From the NCBI GenBank assembly GCA_000388065.2, contig KB932201.1: a stretch of DNA of 64,000 nucleotides. One strand, given 5' to 3'. This document shows, piece after piece, positions 22,897 to 35,600 of this stretch. Position numbers and translations under genes: made by a program. A model generated the notes under the pieces. That model was not told the origin of the DNA. It did no database searches and was given only the letters and a program-made list of their open reading frames with translations. Position 1 is the first letter of the stretch, and every line of letters begins with the position of its first letter. The DNA is from Fonticula alba ATCC 38817 (Eukaryota > Protista > Nucleariida).

Positions 22897-25800
22897 TCAC
22901 TGTCCCAGGAGAACAAGACGCAGGAGTGCCATGCGCACGTACAGACCGTAGCGCATCTGGCGGAAGTAGGCGGCACGCGGGTCGAGATCCACACGCGGGT
23001 CAATCTCATCCACGCGCGGGAGCGGATGCATGACGATCATGTTGTCCTTGGCCTGGGCAATGCGAGCCGGGGTGATGGCACAGCGGGCCAGATACTCGGC
23101 ATGGGCCTCGCGCAGCTGGGCCGCCCCCTGCTCGGTGTCGGTGGCAGCGAAGCGCTCCCGCTGCAGACGCGTGGCATACACCACATCCACCAGGGAAATG
23201 ACCTCATCCACCGAGCCATGGTGCTGCACCGACAGGAAGCCCTGGCCGTTGTGGCGCCGAGCACCGGCCTCCGCATCGGCAAGGACATACTCCGGCAGCT
23301 CCAGCCCCGGAGGGGCCACCAGGTGCACATGGACCCCATACAGGGCCAGCAGGCGGACCAGGCTATGCACGGTCCGGCCATTCAGCAAATCGCCCACGAA
23401 GGCCACCCGCAGGCCGCTCACCGTGCCAAGCTCCTCGCGGATGGTGAACAGGTCCAGGAAGGCCTGGGTCGGATGCTCGCCAATGCCATCGCCGGCATTG
23501 ATGACCGGGGCCCGGGCCACCGTGGCCGCGGCCTCGGCCACCGCACCGGCACCCGGGTGCCGCAGGACAATGGCATCGGCATAGGAGTCCAGCGTGCGCA
23601 CCGTGTCGGCCAGGGACTCGCCCTTCTGGACGGAGCTCCGCTCGACCGGGATGCTGACCACCGAGCCGCCCTGGCGCAGCATGGCCGCCTCGAAGGAGGC
23701 CGAAGTCCGAGTGGAGGGCTCATAGAAGACCGTGCAAAGGACCCGCCCGCGGAGGGCCTGCTCAGCGCCAGCCAGGGCCCCAGTCGGGCCGCGCTCCACG
23801 AGCTTGCGCATATCCTGCGCCAGCTCAAACAGCCGGTGCAGGGCAGACCGGTTCCAAGTCCCAACTGCCAGGACATGCCGCGAGGCCAGGGCGGTCTTGG
23901 CGGCGCTCGGGGCCGCCGGGCAGCTGGCAGGGGGAACAACGCCAGCGCCGGCCAGAACAACCGGGGCCGAGGCCGGGGCCGGGGCCGGGGCGGGCAGCTC
24001 CTCGCCCGGGGCCGCCTCAGTCACGACGGCACTGTGGTGGCCTGGCTGCTGCGACTGCGGCGGCGGCTGCTGCTGCTGCGACTGCTGCTCGGAGGTGGCG
24101 ACAGCCGGGAGGAGATCGGCATGCGCGCCGGCGGGCGCATCAGTGCCGTGCTTCTTGCCGAGGCCCGCCGGGGTGCCAGCCCCAGCCGGGGCATCGACGC
24201 CCAGGCCATCAGCGCGCGAGGCCGCCGCCAGGACGGCCGTCCGCAGGGTGCCAACATGGCGCCGGCCCGACAGAGCGGCCCCATCAAGCACCAGGGTCCC
24301 GGCCGAGGAGAGGCCCGACCGGACGCGGCTATGCTCCGGCAACTGGGTGAACACACGAGCCACCTGCCCGCGGAGAACACCGGACTTGAGGACATTGGCG
24401 GGGCTGCGGCCATTCAGAGTGGGCAGAGCCCCGGCCCCGGCGACGCCGGCCCGGTCCAGCTCCACCTCCAGCAGCAGGCCAGTCGGAGAAGCGGCCTGCC
24501 AGCCGGTCAGCGGGGCCGCCGGGGCACTGCCCACGGCCATGGTGGCGGCGGTTCCCGGAAGGCCCACAATCCGGGCCGGGTTGTGGCAGCACTTGGCGAT
24601 GACCTCCTCCAGGGTGAGAAGGCCCTCATGGACAGCGGTCAGGAGCAGGGGCAGGAAGTGCTCCTGCGGGTGGTACTCCGTCGTGCTCTGGCCGTGGTCG
24701 GCATCGGCCTCCGCCCCAGCCGGCCGGGAGGGGCCGGGAGTGGAGGAGACATCGGCGAAGGGCGACGAGCCGGGCTGGATGACATCCACCAGGGCAATGT
24801 TCTTCCAAAGGTCACCAGCCTCCGGGCCGAAGAAAAGGTCCTCCGCGCTGACGTCACAGGTGACGGTCGCCACGCCGGCGGCCCGGGTGGCCGCGATCAG
24901 GCGCAGATCGGCCACCGAGGCCACGCCGGTGACATGCACTGGCCGGCGGCACACGCCCGCCGCCAGGAGCAGCCAGGCACCGAGCTCCGGGCCCGAGGCA
25001 GCCAAAACCAAAGCCCGGCCATCGGCGCCCTGCTGCAGGAGCTTCTGCGCCCGGGCCAGGGCGTCGGCCGTCGTGGGGAAGGGCTGCCGCAGGACCGCAG
25101 CCAGCAGGGGAGCCGCCGCCGCCGCGGCCAGGCCAGCACCGAGGGCCCCCACCAAACCGTGGTCCACCGGCAGCGGGGTCTCCGTGGCGGCCAGGGCCCC
25201 GGCCAAACCGGCGCCCAGCTCCTCCGGCAGGGCTCCCAAATCGATGCCAACAAAGCCCAAGCCCGACCGAAGAGACGCCTCGGCATAGGCGCCCACACGG
25301 GCGGCCGCTTCGGTGACCGTGGCCGGCATACCGGCCGACGCCGGGGGAGCCAGCGCCAGATCCACCAGAGCCGGCATCAGGGCCGTCTCGGCCGAGGAGA
25401 GCACATCGCAGGCGCCCACACGCACCGGCCGGGTGGCGGCCAGCGAGTCGCCGCTGCCGTCCAGGACCACCGGCAGAGCACGACGATCAGCCTTGGCAAG
25501 GGCATCAATGAAGAGCTTGGCGCACTTGACATTGGTGATCAGCGGCACGGAGAAGTCCACGGCCAGACGCCGGCTCAGGTAGCCAGCCGACACGTAGTTG
25601 GCCGGCCGGCGGAAGCTGTTCTTCGAGGGGAGGTTGATGTAGAGGTCGATCTGCTTCGAGGCCAGGGCATTGGCCAGGCTGTACTCATCACGCCGAGGGG
25701 TGGACGTGCCGGCGGTGCCGGAGGCCGCCAGGGCCGCCAGGTTGCTGCTCGAGGAGGATGGGCTGATGGGCGGGCTGTTGGCGGAGGAGCCCCCGCCACC

Positions 25801-28800
25801 GGCCGCCGGGGCCGGGGCCGGGGCACTGTCCTCGGAAATCTGCTCCAGGAAGCCCACCTCCACGCCGTTGGACGCCAGGAAGTCCGCCGTGCCCGGAGTG
25901 GCAAAGAGCCGGTAGCCCAGGGTGGCCAGCTTGCGGATGGCCGGCAGCAATTCCGACTTCTCGGCATACGACCCGATGGAAATGAGGACATTGCGAGCGG
26001 GCAGCCGGAAGCCGGTGGCCTCCAGGGCCTTGAGGTAGGCCTCATGGTGGGTGCGCCCGAAGCAGGCCACCTCACCGGTGGAGGCCATCTCCACGCCCAG
26101 CACCGGGTCGGCGCCGGACAGCCGGGAGAAGGAGAACTGCGGGACCTTGACCGCGACCACCGGACCGGAGCCCGACCCCGGGGTCGGGGTCGGGGCCGGG
26201 TAGGCGGTCACCGGCAGGCCGACCATGGCCCGGGTGGCCATCTCGATGAGGTCCACCCCGGTGACCTTCGAATCGAAGGGCATCGACCGAGAGGCACGCA
26301 GGTTGCACTCGATCACCTGAATGCGACGGTCCTTGGCGATGAACTGGATGTTGAAGGGGCCGGTGATGTGGAGCTCGCGGCAAATGAGCCCGGTGGCCTG
26401 GACAATCTTGTCGGTGGTTTCCTGGTCCAGGTCCTGCGGGGGCAGGACGAGGGTCGCATCGCCGGAGTGCACACCGGCATTTTCCACATGCTCGGAAACG
26501 ACATGCATGATGAGCTCACCCCCGCGGCCGACCGCATTCACCTCGATCTCCTTGGCGCCCTCGATGAACTTGGTCACAACCACCGGGTGCTCCGGCGAAA
26601 TGGAAGCCGCCTTGCCAAGGTACGATTCCAGATCGGCCTCCGTAAAGACCACATTCATGGCGGCGCCCGAGAGGACGTAACTCGGCCGGACCAGGACCGG
26701 GTAGGTGACCGCACGGCAGAAGCTCCGCGCATCATCGAAGGAGGCCAGCTCCCGCCAGGCCGGTTGGTCGACGTCGATCTTGTCCAGCATGCGGGAGAAC
26801 TTGTAGCGGTTCTCCGCGCAGTCGATGGACTCCGGCGACGTGCCGAGCACCCGGACCCCCTGCCGGTGCAGGCCGAGGGCAATCAAATTCGGCGTCTGGC
26901 CGCCCATGCTGATGACCACCCCCTGGGAGGACTGCAGGTCGTAGACATCCATCACGGTCTCGGTGGTGATGTTCTCGAAGTACAGGCGATCCGCCTCGTC
27001 GTAGTCCGTGGACACGGTCTCCGGGTTGTAGTTGATCATGACCGTGCGGAAGCCAGTCTCGCGCAGGGTCCGGATGCAGCGAACCGCACACCAGTCGAAC
27101 TCCACCGAGCTGCCGATGCGGTAGACACCGGACCCGAGGACGATGATGCCGCGATCCTCGAAGGCCACATCATCCTCGGTGGCATGGTATGTCAGGTAGA
27201 AGTAATTGGCGCGCGAGCCATCCAGACCGGCCACCGTGTCAATCTGCTTGACGAAGGGCCGGACGCCGCAATCAAGGCGCCGGCGCCGGACGGCCATCTC
27301 CGTAGACCGGAGGGCCCGGGCGATCTGCCCATCGGAGAAGCCCAGCTGCTTGGCACGGCGCAAGTGCATGGGGCTGATGTCGGCCGGGGTTTCGGCGGCC
27401 CCGGCCCCGGCGGCCAGGGCCTGGAGAGCCTTGTCGGCGGCCACGATGCGCGCCATCTTGCTGAGGAACCACCGGTCGATCTTGGTCAGCTCCCAGATGC
27501 GCTCGATCGAGTAGCCCGCATGCAGGCCATTGGCCAGGGCAAACAGCCGAGCGTCGGTGGGGATGCCGATGTTCTCGTCGGACGCCTCGAGGACGGTGTT
27601 CTGCAATCCGGAGCAGTGGGGCGGGGGCGGGGGCGGGGGNNNNNNNNNNNNNNNNNNNNNNNNNNNNNNNNNNNGGGGGGGGCATAGTGGGAGGGGAGAG
27701 AAGCGAAGACGGGCCATGACATACCGCCTCGAAGCCATGGAAGGAGTTGTCCACCGCGCGGATGGCCTTCTGCAGGGCCTCCTCGAAGGTCCGGCCAATG
27801 GCCATCACCTCGCCGACGGACTTCATAGCCGAGGCAATGCGGTTGGACACGCGCGTGAACTTGCGCAAATCCCACCGAGGGACCTTGACCACGCAGTAAT
27901 CCAGGGCCGGCTCGAAGCAGAGAGTGGTCGGGGTCTCGGTAACACGGTTGACAATCTCCGGCAGGGGGATGTTCAGGGCCAGCTTGGCCGCCACAAAGGC
28001 CAGCGGGTAGCCGGTGGCCTTGGAGGCCAGGGCCGAGGACCGTGACAGGCGGGCATTCACCTCGATGATGCAGTACTCATCGGTGGCCGGGTTGACGGCG
28101 TACTGGATGTTGCACTCGCCAACCACCCCCAGGTGCCGGACCACGCTCAGGGCGGTGGACCGGAGCCGGCGGTTGTCCGCATCGGTCAGGGTCATGGTCG
28201 GGGCCACGACAATCGAGTCGCCGGTGTGCACACCCAGCGGGTCGACATTCTCCATGTTGCACACGGTCACACAGTTGTCCGCGCAATCGCGCACCACCTC
28301 ATACTCGATCTCCTTCCAGCCCTGCATGGACCGTTCGATGAGCACCTGCGGCGCCACGGCGAAGGCCTTGGTGCAAAGGTCCACCAGCTCCGCCTCGGTA
28401 TGGGCAAACCCGGACCCAAGCCCACCCAGGGCAAAGGCCGCGCGCACGATCAGCGGGTAGCCAATGCGGTTGGCCGCGTCGATGGCCTCCTCCATGGAGG
28501 TGGCCGGCGAGCTCTCGGCGCACGACTCGCCAATCTCCTCCATGGCCTTGGCGAAGAGCTCGCGATCCTCGGTCAGGATGACCGTTTCGATGGGCGTCCC
28601 CAGCACTTGGACGCCGAGCTCCTTCAGCTCCTGGTGCAGCTCGATGCCGACGTTGAGGGCGGTCTGCCCGCCGAAGGACACCGAAATGCCTGTGTTCGGA
28701 GGGAGGGAAGAGAGAGGGGAGAGGGTCGGCCCGCCCCGAGAAGCGAGGACGAGTACAGAGGAAGGGTCGTGAGCGTGGGGACACACACGGGCGACAGTGC

Positions 28801-30993
28801 CCGGGAGGGCTGCTGGGGGAGGAAGGGCCGGGGCCATTCGGGACAAAGAGGGGGAAGAAGGAAAAGGCCAGACATACCATCCGGGCGCTCATACTCGATG
28901 ACCTTGCGCACATACTCGGCGTTGATCGGCAGGAAGTACACCTTGTCGGCCAGCCCGCGGGAGGTCTGCACAGTGGCGATGTTCGGGTTGATGAGAATCA
29001 CCCGGATGCCCTCCTCCTTGAAGGCCTTGATGGCTTGCGAGCCGGAGTAGTCGAACTCGCCGGCCTGGCCGATGGAGAGACCGCCGGACCCGAGGAGAAG
29101 GATCTTGCGCGGGCGCAGTCGGGCCGGGACCGCGGCATTGGCGGCCGCCGGCGAGGGGGCAGCCAGGGGGCGCATTGGGCGATCCTCCCCCCCGAGGGAG
29201 GAGATGTCCAGCAGGTCACGCGCGGCCTCGAGGAAGCGATCGAACAGGAAATCCGTGTCCGACGGGCCGGGCCGGCCTTCCGGGTGGAACTGCACCGAGA
29301 AGTGGGGCCGGCTGCGCGAGGCCACACCCTCGCAGGTGTGATCATTGGCATTGGCGAACAGCTGGTCCCAGGCGCCGGAGGCCTCGAGCGACTCGAAGTC
29401 CACGGCCACGCCGTGGTTCTGTGGGGGTGCGCGGCGGCGGTGGAGGCAGCAGGGTGGACCGGGGCGAAACGTGTGAGCGGGGAAAAAAAGCAAGGGCAAA
29501 TCTCTGGAAGGTGGGGTAGAGGGGGGGGGGGGGGGCATGAAATGGACACACCTGGGCCGTGATATAGCAGCGCTGGGTGAGCGGGTCCCGCGAGGGGACA
29601 TTCGGCGCGCGGCGAGCCTGGGCCAGGGCAGTCAGCGACCCCCCGGCTGCCAGAGCCAGCAGGTGGTGGCCAAGGCCGATGCCGAAAACCGGCTTCGGCC
29701 AGCGGGCCAGGAGGACCGCCAGCCGGGCAATGGTCCCGGCACAGGGGTGCTCGGAGGCGGAAAACCCGGCGGAAGACGGGTCCACCGGACCACTGGTCAC
29801 CAGAACCGCGTCCACCGGGCCGACAGTGGATGGGGCAGCCTCGCCAGCAGCATCGATGCCGAAGCTGGCGTCGGAGCCCGGGGCCACGACGGGGGCGGGA
29901 GCGGCCAAAGCGTCAGGCACCCAGGCGCCGGCGGGGCCGGCCGGGTCCTCCAGCCCCAGGGCCGTCAGAATGTCGAAGTTCCACGGCACAACGACAACCT
30001 CGGCGCCACGGTTGGTCAGAGCGCGGATTTGCGCATGCTTCAGGCCCATGTCAAGGGCCAGGACGCGCAGCGGACGCTTGCCATCCGTCGCCGGGGCGGC
30101 CGTCGACGGGCTGGAAGCACCAGCCCGGGCAACCGGGCCGGTCGGCCGGAAGAGCCGGGGCGCCTTGATCGAGGCTACACGCGCATATCAGGGGGGGGAG
30201 GGGGCAGGGACACGGCGATTCACAGGGAGATGGCATTTGTCAGTTGGCGAAATCCCGGTATGGCAGTCAAGAGAAGAGCCAGGCGGCGGCGGAGGAGGAG
30301 GAGGCGGCGGCGGCGGCGAAGAAGAAGAAGGCACACACCCTCGGCAACCAGGTTCCGTCCGGTGAAGGGGGCGCCCCATGTCATGCCGGCAACGACGGCC
30401 GCCGGGCCGGAGGCGCGAAGCTCGGCCGCCACACGGGCGGCCTCCTCGCCAATGAGGATCCGCGCCCACAGGTGGCCGGGTCCGGTGAAGCGGCTAATGC
30501 GCCGGGTCAGGGCACGGGTGTCCACACCGCAGATGGCAGGCACGCCCTCCCGAGCAAGCCAGGCGCCCAGGGAGTCGGCCGCACGCCAGTGGGAGTAGTC
30601 GGCCCCGGCGCCGGCGTCCGAGCCGACAACCACGGCCGTTGCCCGGGCCCGGGCGGACTCGCGATGCCGGGCCAGGCCATTGGCGTCGGCCTCATAGGAG
30701 GCGCTCGGCACACCGGCGGCACCGGGCATCGGGTGGGTCAGGACCAAAACATGGCCCCCGTGCGAGGGATCGGTGATGGACTCGATGTGGCCGACCGGGC
30801 CGGCGAGGACGGTCGCCAGGCCGGTGGCGCCGGCCGCCGCGCCAAAGGACCGGCCCACCAGCGGGGTACCGCCGTCGCTGAGAACAAGCAGGGCCAGCGG
30901 GAGGGCATCCTGCTCGTCGTCCACAGTCAGGGCCGGGGCATTCGACTCGAGGAAAGCCTCCGCACCGGGGAAGGTGTACTCGGGGGCCGTCAT
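22897..30993 (-). CDS. URA2: URA2/CAD-type multifunctional pyrimidine protein: degenerate GATase - CPS - pseudo-DHOase - ATCase (~2495 aa)
   Basis: Exons 30993..30339, 30174..29552, 29418..28878, 28689..27725 and 27600..22897, all phases consistent. CPS motifs: [67 protein letters not shown]. ATCase motifs: [35 protein letters not shown]. Confidence 0.97.
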
Positions 30994-32379
30994 GTTTGGT
31001 GTAGAGAGGGAGGGAGGTGTGGTGTAGAGTGTGCGCCTGACGTCACGAACAGGGGGGAGAGGGGGGAGGGGTGAGGAGGCCGGACAAACGGCGTGTATGC
31101 ATGTGGGGCGGACACAGCCACAGAAGGGGGAAAGAGAACAGCAGGGGGACATGTGTGTGCCAAGAAAGAGGCGCACCTCAGCAAGGGAGCGCGGGCTGGG
31201 ACAGCGGCGGGCGTGGCGCGCGCGGGTCTCTCCGGATCGGGGGTCAGGGAAGGGGGGAGGGGTCTTTGTTCTCACGGGAAAGGGAGGTCAAAAGGAGGAG
31301 AGGAGGGAAGGGGGGGGGGGGATATGCGCGTGTCGGTCTTGTCGGAGTTGTGCGCCGTAAAAAGGGAGGGTCTCCTTGTGCGGGCGAACTACTGAAAAGA
31401 GAACATCCAAGATTGCGACGCAGAGTCTCCTTTTATACCGGCCTGTATCGCCACTTGGGGAGGGAAGCCGAGGGACAGGGGTGCCCCCCCGGTCCTCCAG
31501 GCTTCGTGCCACGTTTGCACGCGTGTCAGGTCGCGCTTCCTCCCCCGGGGGAGGGAGGGCACAGGCGGCATGCCCGCTGGAGTGCAAACGCGCCCCCCCT
31601 CTCCGCCTTTTGGGTTGGGCCCGATCCGCAGAGACTAATGCCCCGACATGGGGCCACACCAGGGAGGCCTGCCCAAGTACAGGGTGAAAGGCGCACGAAT
31701 GCGTTCCTGTCCTGTCTTGTCTGTAAGTGTGTGGAGAAAAAGCAAGCGAGGATGACATGACAAAGAGAGAGAGAGAGGGACCGAGAACGGAGTGTAGCCG
31801 CGTGGAAGGAGGGAGTCCGTGTGTTGAGACGCAGCCTCTCGGGGGGGGGGGGGGAGGGGGGGACACGCTGCCCCGGGGACGGGGTGCCCACATCGTGAAA
31901 AAAAAAAAAAAGGAGGGACACATAGGATAAACGGCCACCCTCGCAGTCCCGGACGATGGGGAAAACAGTGGCTCAAGTGGGGCGCCACACGGGCCCCGGG
32001 GCAGGGAGCCACCCACAGGCAACCCCGGATGAGTCGGGGTCCCCCTGGGCCGGCTGCCAGGATGTCGGGCAGCCGCCCCCCTCCCCTCCAGGCTGGTGCC
32101 CTTCCACGGCCGCCGGGGACCATGCGGCCCCCGGGGGCAGAGGCGGGCCCCGAATCCGGCACATACCAACACTGCCCACGGACCACGCCCTCGGGCACGC
32201 GGTTGGCATGGCTTTGGTGGCGTGACTGGGCGCCCCGGGCGTGATGCTCCACATGAGCAGCGCTCGCGCGGCCGCCGGCGGCCCAGATGCCTCGCGAGTG
32301 ATCGGCATGGCCCCCCTTCTATTTTGTCGTCGGGCCCAGAAAAAAAAAAAACAACGACAACCTGAGGAAGAAACAGCCG

Positions 32380-32380
<1 letters not shown>

Positions 32381-32412
<32 letters not shown>

Positions 32413-32453
32413 AGGGGGGAGAGAGGGGAGGGGCGGGGGGAGGGGGGGGAAAA

Positions 32454-32483
<30 letters not shown>
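32381..32483. repeat. ~100-nt nearly pure poly-G tract
   Basis: Direct reading. It lies between the 3' end of the 32650 gene and the URA2 start. Confidence 0.85.
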
Positions 32484-32485
<2 letters not shown>

Positions 32486-32649
32486 AGCGTGTGTATGCAG
32501 GTACATGGATGACTCTACTTCACTGTGAAGAAAGGGGATGAGGGGGGGGGGAGGGGGGAGGGGATAAGAGACAAGGACAATGTGAAAAGACAAGGACAGG
32601 AGAGCTGAGGAGGGGGAAGGGGGCGGCATGTGCACCGGGAGAGGGAAAG

Positions 32650-35600
32650 CTAGTGGGCATGCGACGCCGGCGAGGCAAGGGCATAAGTCGTCCGGAGGAG
32701 GGCGCAGCGCTCGCTCAGGAGCACCGATGCCTCGGAGAAAATCTGCTGCAGGAGCTCGTCGGCTCGAGAGGAGTAGGGCGTCTCGGCGCCGGCCAGCTCG
32801 TCGCTGGCATCCGGGGCCGCAGCGGCGGACCGCTGCCGATGGCCCGCCCCCTCCTCCTCCTCATCCTCCTCCTCCTCGGGAGCAGCGAGCACACCCAGCG
32901 GAGCGGAAGAGCCGCCACCGGCCGCCAGGAGCCCGCGGGCCCAATCCGCGCAGCGTCCATGTTGGCCACACTCACAAAGGCATGTGGCTTCGGCCGAGGA
33001 TGGGGGAAGTGGCGCCTCGGCGCCGGCAGGCGTGGCCTCCAGAAGAGCAGCCGCGACACAGGCCCCGGCCGCCGGGCAAGGAAGCCCGACGATGGCCTGG
33101 TACCGGGTCGACAGGGCCACCAAATTCCACTCAATCACACGCAGGACGCGGAATTTGTCCCGGACCTTGGACCGGACCGCCTCATGGTAATGTGCCAGGG
33201 CCAGGTCCAGTTCGGAGGTCGTGGAGCCGGGGCCCGTCACCCCGGCGGCCCCGGGCCCGGCGGCTAAGCCCCCGCCACCGGGCGCCCCGGTGGAATGATG
33301 TGCATCCGAGAAGAAGGACGACACCGAGGCCGAGCTCCGACTGAGGGAGTTGTTGCGCCGCAGGAGGGAACCCCCGACAGACGAGGACGGGGGATCCACC
33401 GGGACCAGTGGCTCGCCACCGGGCCCCCCGGCCCCGGGCGTCGGGAGAGAGACCAGCTCGCGGATTTCGCGCGCGCCAGCCGGCGTGGGACCCGGCCGCA
33501 GACCCAGAGCCAGGAGCAGCCGCGTGGACAAGTCGCTCGGCAGGGGGGTGGCACACACGCGACATGGAGCACCCGCGGGCATCGGATGGCCAGTGGCAGC
33601 ACCGGCGCCAGCGCCGGCGCCGTGTTTGAGCTCCAGCAGCCCGGCCATCGACCCGGGCAGAGCATCGATAACCGGCATGCATGTCATCAGGGCCCGAGCT
33701 CGGGCCGGCGTCAAGCCGATCTGCTCCGCGTGGAACAGGTCATGGCGGTGCTCCTCCGGGGAGTAGACATTGAAGCGCCCACGGCCGCCGGCACCGGCCA
33801 TGTTGGAAGCCAATCCGGCCGACGAGGTGGCGGCATTTGGCCCGGATCCGGGGACGGTGTGCGTGCCGATGGCCGGGGAGGGCGAACGTGAGGCCGACCC
33901 ACCCGCCGGACCGCCGTCCAATGGGAGGGAGTTACACCGGCACCCGGTGGAGGGGGCCAGCCGCGGTGGCAGGACCATCCCCTGCGGGCTGACCCGGGCC
34001 CCCCCGGCCACCGGACTGCCACCGGAGGGGGATGGCGAGGCGGACAGCGAGGCAGCTGACACCAGCGACCGGCCGGCCGACATCAGCGGCGTAGCCACCG
34101 CCAGGGCCACCGAGCCATCATGCCCGGCGGCCAGTGACACGGGAGCCACGCTGATCGGCCGGCCATGGCTGGAGCCGGATTCCATGGGGATGGCCCCGGT
34201 GCCGAAGGACGGCTCCACCAAGTCCGAGGCAACGGCGATGACCGCCCGCGCGCAGGACACATGTCGAATGCTGCAGCAGCACTGGCAGATGACAAAGGAG
34301 GGCCCGGAAAGGAGCGGCGTATCCAGCGGCGGCGCGCCGCCGCTGGCGGGCCCCTGCCCAGGGCCGCTATCCCCCGGGGAGGCATGCGAGAAGGACAACG
34401 ACCGGCCGGTTTGCGGCCCGGCAGGCGACAGGCGCCCGACCGGGCCGGCCGAATTCGCGCGCAGGCGAATGTCTTGCTCGCGAGCGGCGACCGTGCGCGG
34501 GTGGGTGGCCGCCGCGGCGGCAACGGCCGCGGCTCTGACGCTCGGAGTGCAGGGCTCCCGAAGGATGGACCCCTCGCACACGTCGCAGGCGATGGACCCG
34601 ACCGCACCCCCGGGGCCGGGGAGGTCGTCAATCTCATCCAGCCGGAAGGGGTCCATGAGCAGGAAGTGCGCCGGCCGGAGAAGGGGCGAACTACGAGCCG
34701 GAGGTCAGAAGGTGGGCGAGGCAGCGGCGGGCATGTGCGCGGCGTGTGGATGGGCAACCGGCGAGGTGGCAAAGGGGCGACAAGGCGTCGCACCTGGATG
34801 GACGCGTTGCTCGGAGAGACCCAGCCACGCCGGCCAGGGGGATGGCAAACAGGGACGGAAACCCGGGGCTTGTGGCGATGCCGGCCATGAGAGTCGGCGC
34901 GGTGGGCGACCGGGACCCGGGGGGCGGGAGAACCCCAAGCTGGGCCAGGACCGCGGTCATCAGCCGGTCGGGGATGTCGTCCGGCGCGGCGGGGATGAGC
35001 CCGCGGCGCAGGAAACGCCCGGTGGTCACCGGGCACGGGCAGGGCGGACACAGGGGTCCGGTGTTGGCGGCGGCCGCGGCCGCGGCCGCGGCCGCCGCCC
35101 GTGTCGTGGGCTTCATGTGCCGGGGAGGCGGAGCGGGCCGATCCCGAGGATCGCCCCCGGGAGGCAGGAGGGGCTTGGTCGAGGCAAGCATGCTGACCGT
35201 GGCCCGAGCAACGGACTGGCCGGCATGCTGAAGGGCGCTGTCGGCGGCAGCCGCGGCCGTCACCGACTCCATGAACATGTCCATGCCAAAGTCGATGGAT
35301 GGGAAGCGGCTGACCCCGGCAAGAGGCGTAGCCGGGGCCGAATCAGGGGTCGGAGTGGAAGCCGGGGTAATGGCCGAGGGTGAAGTTGGCACAAGCAGGG
35401 GCTCCGGGGCGGGCATCGACCGCGGCCCCGTGGCTGGTGTGATGGTGAGTTTGGAAGATGCCGAGGTAGGACCAAGCCTGGCTGTGGGCCCAGAAGCCTC
35501 GGCGGTGGGCTCAGCACCGAGCTTGATTGCAGGACCTGAGGCGGCTTCGGACAAGGGACCAGTGGCACACTTGGGAGTGGACTCAGTAGCGGGCTCGGGA

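Noticed and set aside
22795-27687. 1630-aa plus-strand ORF, and similar long antisense ORFs such as 13586..15178, 14062..15366, 29537..30598, 45965..47398 and 61559..62458
   Set aside because: These are shadow or alternative frames of real genes in GC-rich coding DNA, with no motifs of their own.
31956-32310. GC-rich ORFs upstream of URA2 as a uORF or extra gene
   Set aside because: No splice support, no recognisable motif, and over 900 nt from the URA2 ATG.
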